The translations under genes were made by a program, and so were the position numbers. 32,064 nucleotides of DNA from Puniceicoccales bacterium (lineage in GTDB: Bacteria > Verrucomicrobiota > Verrucomicrobiia > Opitutales > JAIRKQ01), in the NCBI GenBank assembly GCA_031281895.1, contig JAITET010000049.1, forward strand, positions 1-32,064, in the 5' to 3' direction. Below the pieces are notes generated by a model that did no database searches, was not told the DNA's origin, and saw nothing but the letters and a program-made list of their open reading frames with translations. Each line of letters begins with the position of its first letter. Position 1 is the first letter of the stretch. Shown here piece by piece: positions 26,736 through 32,064 of this stretch.

Positions 26736-27056
26736 ATGAAACGTAATGTTTGTTTAATTATTTGTCTGGTGTGTGTATTTTGTGCGATGGATATTGCTGC
26801 ATTGCCAACCCGTAGGCAGCTGAAATCTAGTTACCCCAACGACAACTCTCAAATATATTCCCACCGAGGGAATAGTAGCATGGACTTTAGGTCGCTATCT
26901 AAAAAATTTAGGGTTTCAAAATTTCATAGGGATCTGCACTCCCTGAAAAAACGTGATCGACGGATAACCATGCAAAACCTCAATCAATACCAATATAGAC
27001 GATCCCATTCTCGAAAGGTAGGAATCCCAACTGTGCGAACAACATGGGAGGAATAG
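26736..27056 (+). CDS. Small basic protein with an N-terminal signal peptide, function unknown
   Basis: This 106-aa ORF has a hydrophobic N-terminus (VCLIICLVCVFCAMDIAALP) followed by an Arg/Lys/Ser-rich sequence. It is tightly packed between pfp (12-nt gap) and the nuclease-like ORF (7-nt gap). Confidence 0.5.
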   Translation: MKRNVCLIICLVCVFCAMDIAALPTRRQLKSSYPNDNSQIYSHRGNSSMDFRSLSKKFRVSKFHRDLHSLKKRDRRITMQNLNQYQYRRSHSRKVGIPTVRTTWEE

Positions 27057-27063
27057 GTTTTAT

Positions 27064-29823
27064 ATGGCAACGTATGTCATCGAAAATTTTTCGAATTTTA
27101 TCAATGAAATGCCGCATGTCTTTCATGGTCCAGAGGTCATTTTTGTCATACCTACCTACGATGACATATGGCCCATGAAAACAATTTTTTCGCAAAACAG
27201 TATCCATCTTCATTCCATAAAATTTTATACGGCCCATGAATTTAGGAAATACCTGGCGATAGAGTTTGATCTACCAAACAAAATCTGCCCAAATGGCATG
27301 GTCAGCTTTTGTTTCGACGAAGTAGCCGATGTGATGAACGTCAGTGGTTACACGCAACGCACAATTATTACAGATAAAAAAGTGACTCTCCAAGCATTCC
27401 ATGAAACCCTGTGGTCAGGTATACAATATGAAAATATACTAGACAGAGACGTGTGTACATTTTTTAGGGATCTAAAGGAGGAAATCGTTGCCAATGATTT
27501 TATTTTAGAGCAAGATGTTGACAGATTATTACTAAGATCTGCATCTTTCCTAAAAGCTCCCATGGATGGGCAAGTAATTTTCTATGGTTTTTTACCCTTC
27601 GATAATGCCAAAGTATTGATGGAGGTCGCTGCAAAATGTTATGCACAAACGGATGCAATTACCTACGACTTTGGAGATGCGGAGTTTGTCCACCTATGGA
27701 TTAATACCCTGGAAAAAATTTTTGGCGAAAGCACATTTTACCTATGCAATGGAGACCATAATTTCGAAAAGAACGTGAAATTTCAAGCCTATGATACGAT
27801 ATGCGACGAAGTCGAAACAACTTTTAATCAAATTCTACAACTCCTATCCCGGGACACTTCGGTAAAGATAGGTGTGTGTTTCAAGGATAATCAAACCATT
27901 CATCTGCCAATGCTAGTGGATAAATTGGAAGCAATCGGTCTATCCTATTGCGATACCATCGGACATCCTAAAAAATCAACAAAATACGAAACAATCCTAT
28001 CCCTGTGGGGCGATTGGCAAGTTAGAAGAGACATACCAAGTTTTTGCAGATTTTGTGCAGAATTATCAGCGAACAACCTGATCGAACGGGAACAATTTGA
28101 TAAAATTATTAGCGACTTGCCATCGCTCCAGAAGGGCTGTTTATCGGAAATTTTCGACATTGTGCTGGAATTCGCAAACATAAAAAACATTCACTCATTT
28201 GACATCGTTGAACCCTATGACATGCACGGAACAAGGTTTTCTTTTAAAAAATTTTACCAGAAATTCATGGAGGCATTTGGTGGCATTTTGCCTCCGGAAA
28301 TGGTGGAATTTTTGATGGAACAATCGAATGGACCCATTGCTGAAAAAAATTTTTTCAAGAAGAATTTGGTCAAATATTTTGTGGCATCGGTTATTTCTAA
28401 GACCAAAAGTTACACGTTGAACCCCCAGGCGAATATCGTCCTCATCAATATAAATTCCGCCTACAAACAAGATTTTACGGATATATTTGCTATTGGGATG
28501 ACCGCTGCGGATTTTGATTTTTCCGGAGAAAATCACTGGCTTTCCTCCGACATAGTTGACGGAATCAACAGCCACACAACGATTCGCCTAAATTCCGGGG
28601 ATTTAGCCGTTGAGCATGCCCATACCTATTTGCTAACTTCTCAGGAAAAGAAACTTTTACAGCGAACCATTTTCGAAATCCTGTGTAAAAAATGTAAATT
28701 GACATTGTCCTATGCCACAAAAAATTATTTCAGTGATAGTGTCGAGCAGGAACCGGCAAAAATTTTTACCGAAATATTCCATCTGTCCCAAAAGGAGTTT
28801 TATTCAAAGGATCGGGAGATCTTGTTGCTCAAATCCATTCCTGACACTCTGATCCATTTCCTAGATGATAGCCTTAGCGATGAAGACATTGAAAGCATAG
28901 AGAAATGCACGATTTCCTATGCTACAAGGCATGACCTATCCCAAGGCATACACGACTACTGTTTTGCCATCGATCCAAGCTTAAAACTTTCATGCAGTTC
29001 ACTGGAATATGTGTTGCAAAAACCATGTGTCGGATTCTATGATTTCGTTTTAAAACTACCAACGATGCCCTGGTACTCAAAACTTTTCGACAAAAAACTT
29101 GCCCTCGGTTCATTTACCCACGAGTTTTTGCAAATTTTTGAGGCGAAAAACACCTTTATTCTGAAACATTCGCCGGATATTTTTCATAGAAACATACGGT
29201 CATGCTCCAGTCGCGTGAAAAATATGGTGTCCCGGGCCTGCGCTGCCGCCGATGCAGATGTGCCAGCCGACTTTTCTAGAACCGTAGATTTGGCAACCAT
29301 TTGGGCCAAACGTCTGGTGAATAAACTGTTTATCATGCCAAATTGGAAATCCTTCCGCAGTGAATACTCACTTCCGTCGGACCTCACGGTTAAAATAAAA
29401 GACGAGAAACTTTGCCTATCGGGACGATTAGATTTTATCATTAGCAACGGAAACCCACACGATGCGAATCGTTTTGATACAGATACAGTGATCATAGATT
29501 TCAAGACCGGAAGTAATGTGGAAATGACGGAACGAAATGTCAAATGGCACATGGAGCGATATTTCGGCCTACAACTTTTGCTCTACGGCATTGCCTTAAA
29601 AACTTTGGGATTCAAAACCGTAGGAATACTGATACTGAAACCTGACAGCAGCATCGCAAACATCCCCATTGACGTTAATTGCATCCTGGAACAGGTTCCC
29701 GAGTTGATGGAAAAATTATCCCAAACGATTCGTACGGGTCTTATCGAACGTCAAATTTTGGGAAAAATCTTTCAGCAATTTGCCATCAAAGATGTTCCTC
29801 TCGCTACGACAGATTTATATTAG
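27064..29823 (+). CDS. AddB/RecB-family PD-(D/E)XK nuclease domain protein with a degenerate helicase-like N-terminal region
   Basis: This is a 919-aa ORF. The C-terminal nuclease motifs are GRLDFII (about 29422..29442), VIIDFKTGS (about 29488..29514) and QLLLYGIAL (about 29572..29598). I found no GxxxxGK[ST] Walker A anywhere. The N-terminal VIFVIPTYD resembles the AddB LIVPEQ strand. Confidence 0.7.
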   Translation: MATYVIENFSNFINEMPHVFHGPEVIFVIPTYDDIWPMKTIFSQNSIHLHSIKFYTAHEFRKYLAIEFDLPNKICPNGMVSFCFDEVADVMNVSGYTQRTIITDKKVTLQAFHETLWSGIQYENILDRDVCTFFRDLKEEIVANDFILEQDVDRLLLRSASFLKAPMDGQVIFYGFLPFDNAKVLMEVAAKCYAQTDAITYDFGDAEFVHLWINTLEKIFGESTFYLCNGDHNFEKNVKFQAYDTICDEVETTFNQILQLLSRDTSVKIGVCFKDNQTIHLPMLVDKLEAIGLSYCDTIGHPKKSTKYETILSLWGDWQVRRDIPSFCRFCAELSANNLIEREQFDKIISDLPSLQKGCLSEIFDIVLEFANIKNIHSFDIVEPYDMHGTRFSFKKFYQKFMEAFGGILPPEMVEFLMEQSNGPIAEKNFFKKNLVKYFVASVISKTKSYTLNPQANIVLININSAYKQDFTDIFAIGMTAADFDFSGENHWLSSDIVDGINSHTTIRLNSGDLAVEHAHTYLLTSQEKKLLQRTIFEILCKKCKLTLSYATKNYFSDSVEQEPAKIFTEIFHLSQKEFYSKDREILLLKSIPDTLIHFLDDSLSDEDIESIEKCTISYATRHDLSQGIHDYCFAIDPSLKLSCSSLEYVLQKPCVGFYDFVLKLPTMPWYSKLFDKKLALGSFTHEFLQIFEAKNTFILKHSPDIFHRNIRSCSSRVKNMVSRACAAADADVPADFSRTVDLATIWAKRLVNKLFIMPNWKSFRSEYSLPSDLTVKIKDEKLCLSGRLDFIISNGNPHDANRFDTDTVIIDFKTGSNVEMTERNVKWHMERYFGLQLLLYGIALKTLGFKTVGILILKPDSSIANIPIDVNCILEQVPELMEKLSQTIRTGLIERQILGKIFQQFAIKDVPLATTDLY

Positions 29824-29872
29824 GTTGCACTAAATTTATTGCAATTTTTACCCTTTATCTAGATTATAGGTC

Positions 29873-30853
29873 ATGAATCAGAAGTTCGTTTTAGATTTTG
29901 AAAAACCGATTTATAACCTTGCCAATCAACTGGAAATCTTAAACGAACGTGCGGCAGTTTCCGACGTCGATTTTTCTGAAGAAATCGCATCTCTGAAAAG
30001 AAAAATAGAGGAAACTAAAAAAAAGGTATATGCCGACCTGAATGCATGGCAAAGGGTACAAATCGCCCGACATCCTCAGAGGCCATACTCGTTTGACTAC
30101 ATCGACAGAATATTTTTGAACTTCCAAGAGTTGCATGGTGATAGGTTATATGCCGATGACAATTCCATGGTCTGTGGAATGACTACCTGTGACGGCATGT
30201 CAATCATGGTCATCGCCCAACAAAAGGGAAGATCGATTAAGGAAAACATACGACGGAACTTCGGTATGCAAAAGCCGGAAGGTTATCGAAAAGCGTTGCG
30301 CTTGATGAAGTTGGCAGAAAAATTCAACATGCCAATAGTGACGCTTGTCGATACTCCCGGAGCATTCCCTGGCATTGAATCCGAAGAAAGACATGTGGCG
30401 GAATCAATTGCCGTGAATTTACGGGAGATGTCGTCGATCGGCACCCCCATAATTTCCGTGTTCATCGGCGAAGGAGGTTCGGGCGGGGCCTTGGGAATAG
30501 CGGTGGCGGATAGGGTACTCATTCTTGAAAATTCCTACTACTCTGTTATTTCTCCTGAAGGGTGTGCTGCTATCCTTTGGAACGACAAAGTAAAAGCTCC
30601 CGATGCGGCAAAAGCTTTACGGCTGTCTCCCCAAAAGCTTATAGAATTTGGTGTGGCGGATGAAATAATATACGAGCCACTTGGTGGTGCCCATAACGAC
30701 TACGATTTTATGGCAAATGCAGTTAAAAGTGCGATCGTCAAACATTTACAAAAACTATTAAAACTTGACAAAAAAAGCCTGCTGGAGGCAAGATATCAAA
30801 AATTTCGCAGGATGGGAATATTTGATACGAACAAAAATATTGTTGCAGCCTAG
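29873..30853 (+). CDS. accA: Acetyl-CoA carboxylase carboxyltransferase subunit alpha
   Basis: This 326-aa ORF has ARHPQRPY, VDTPGAFPGIESEERHVAESIA and GEGGSGGALGIAVAD. Confidence 0.95.
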   Translation: MNQKFVLDFEKPIYNLANQLEILNERAAVSDVDFSEEIASLKRKIEETKKKVYADLNAWQRVQIARHPQRPYSFDYIDRIFLNFQELHGDRLYADDNSMVCGMTTCDGMSIMVIAQQKGRSIKENIRRNFGMQKPEGYRKALRLMKLAEKFNMPIVTLVDTPGAFPGIESEERHVAESIAVNLREMSSIGTPIISVFIGEGGSGGALGIAVADRVLILENSYYSVISPEGCAAILWNDKVKAPDAAKALRLSPQKLIEFGVADEIIYEPLGGAHNDYDFMANAVKSAIVKHLQKLLKLDKKSLLEARYQKFRRMGIFDTNKNIVAA

Positions 30854-30879
30854 ATAAAACTCCCAAAGCTAACCGTCCT

Positions 30880-31437
30880 ATGGCCATACTTTCGAGGGAT
30901 TTTTATGCTCGCGATACCTTGATTGTTGCCCGTGAGTTACTTGGGCAGGTGCTTTGCCGATCCGTTAGAAATATTGTCCTCCAGGGTTATATCGTCGAAA
31001 CCGAAGCCTATACCCAGGAGGATCCCGCATCCCATGCTTTCCGCGGATATACTCCACGAACCGAAGCGATGTTCCAACGGCCTGGGACTGTCTACGTCTA
31101 TTTCATCTATGGCATGTACCATTGTTTGAATGTCGTTACCGACAGGGAGAATTATGGTAGTGCTGTTTTGGTTCGTGCATTGGAAGGGCTTAATGGTCTG
31201 TCAGGGACAAGTGGCCCTGGAAAACTATGCCGCACGATGAACATCGACCTCCATTGCAATGGGCAGGATTTAACTCGCCGGAAAGGAAATATTTGGATAG
31301 AACGGGCTGCTACTATTTCCCCGGAAAGCATTGTACAAACGACCAGGGTGGGTATTCGTCGAGCAACAAACTATCCCTGGCGTTTTTATATACGAGATAA
31401 CAAATTTGTATCTACTTTCTCAGTGTCCCGACCATAA
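30880..31437 (+). CDS. mpg: DNA-3-methyladenine glycosylase, AAG/Mpg family
   Basis: This 185-aa ORF has FYARDTLIVARELLGQVL, IVETEAYTQEDPASHAF, VYFIYGMYHCLNVV and GPGKLCRTMNID. Confidence 0.92.
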   Translation: MAILSRDFYARDTLIVARELLGQVLCRSVRNIVLQGYIVETEAYTQEDPASHAFRGYTPRTEAMFQRPGTVYVYFIYGMYHCLNVVTDRENYGSAVLVRALEGLNGLSGTSGPGKLCRTMNIDLHCNGQDLTRRKGNIWIERAATISPESIVQTTRVGIRRATNYPWRFYIRDNKFVSTFSVSRP

Positions 31438-31470
31438 TTTTTCAAACAACCATAAACAAATCCTTAGACG

Positions 31471-31941
31471 ATGAAGCAAAGTGTAATTTTCCATGAAACA
31501 GACATTGGCCCATTGACAATAACGGCTGAAGATGACCACATAATCGGCATTGATTTTGGGATAATTTCTTTGGCAAATTACGTGAATATTCCAGTCATTA
31601 ATGAAGCTTTCAGGCAGCTTTCCGAATATTTCGCTGGGAAAAGAAAAATTTTTAACCTTCCATTGAAACTTTCGGGGACAGATTTCCAAAAATCCGCCTG
31701 GGAAGCCTTGCTAAAAATCCCATACGGTCGGACGGAAACCTATGGAGATATGGCGAGAATGATGGGCAAAAGAAAAGCGTATAGGGCAGTGGGGATGGCC
31801 TGCCATAGAAACCCAATTTCCATAGTAATTCCTTGCCACAGAATTATCGGGGCAAGTGGGGACCTCACCGGTTACGGTGGAGGCATTGGCATCAAAGCAT
31901 GGCTCCTAGGGTTGGAAGCAAAACATACCCATGGTTTGTAA
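31471..31941 (+). CDS. ogt: Methylated-DNA--protein-cysteine methyltransferase
   Basis: This 156-aa ORF has the active site IPCHRII, preceded by YGRTETYGDMA and RAVGMACHRNPISIV. Confidence 0.93.
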   Translation: MKQSVIFHETDIGPLTITAEDDHIIGIDFGIISLANYVNIPVINEAFRQLSEYFAGKRKIFNLPLKLSGTDFQKSAWEALLKIPYGRTETYGDMARMMGKRKAYRAVGMACHRNPISIVIPCHRIIGASGDLTGYGGGIGIKAWLLGLEAKHTHGL

Positions 31942-31943
31942 AT

Positions 31944-32064
31944 TTAATGCGATTCTATGTTTTCTGGCATGGAGAGTTGCTCATCGTCCGACGTTACCGA
32001 TGATTCGGGATTCTCAAGTGTAAAATTCTCGTTCGCATCTTCTATGACTTTTTGCTCTTGCGGT
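31944..32064 (-). CDS. Possible 3' end of a convergent gene (acidic C-terminus), partial at the window edge
   Basis: The minus-strand frame is open for all 40 codons to the window edge. It reads PQEQKVIEDANENFTLENPESSVTSDDEQLSMPENIESH and ends at TAA 31944..31946. It is too short to identify. Confidence 0.3.
   Translation of the reverse strand, partial: PQEQKVIEDANENFTLENPESSVTSDDEQLSMPENIESH

Overview
This is a bacterial chromosomal window of roughly 40% GC by eye. TAA, TAG and TGA all act as ordinary stops. The centre (5.6-18.2 kb, + strand) is the conserved block tRNA-Thr(GGU)-tuf-tRNA-Trp(CCA)-secE-nusG-rplK-rplA-rplJ-rplL-rpoB-rpoC. To the right are envelope and housekeeping genes: one ORF fusing an LpxL-type lipid A acyltransferase to a GT9 heptosyltransferase-like domain, a decayed IS630/Tc1-mariner transposase relic, a class I birA, a lipoprotein gene bracketed by a 22-bp perfect inverted repeat pair, murG overlapping a fused murC-murB, a PPi-type phosphofructokinase, a small secreted basic protein, a 919-aa AddB/RecB-like PD-(D/E)XK nuclease protein with no Walker A motif and no helicase partner nearby, accA, mpg and ogt. 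The clearly accessory part is the left 5.3 kb. It holds a head-to-tail array of at least three paralogous ~610-aa genes on the minus strand, each carrying its own copy of a ~105-nt upstream module. I cannot place these proteins in any named family. They share a low-complexity N-terminus, two conserved core regions with invariant Cys, His and Asn-Trp positions, and a C-terminal double hydrophobic segment. One copy is interrupted by a single CAA->TAA change but is otherwise intact. This array is my best candidate for something undescribed. The inverted-repeat-flanked lipoprotein cassette is second, followed by the two unusual fusions and the orphan nuclease. A non-canonical EF-Tu switch I sequence and the MurC-MurB fusion hint at the PVC superphylum (Planctomycetota/Verrucomicrobiota), but that rests on memory and inference, not on a search.
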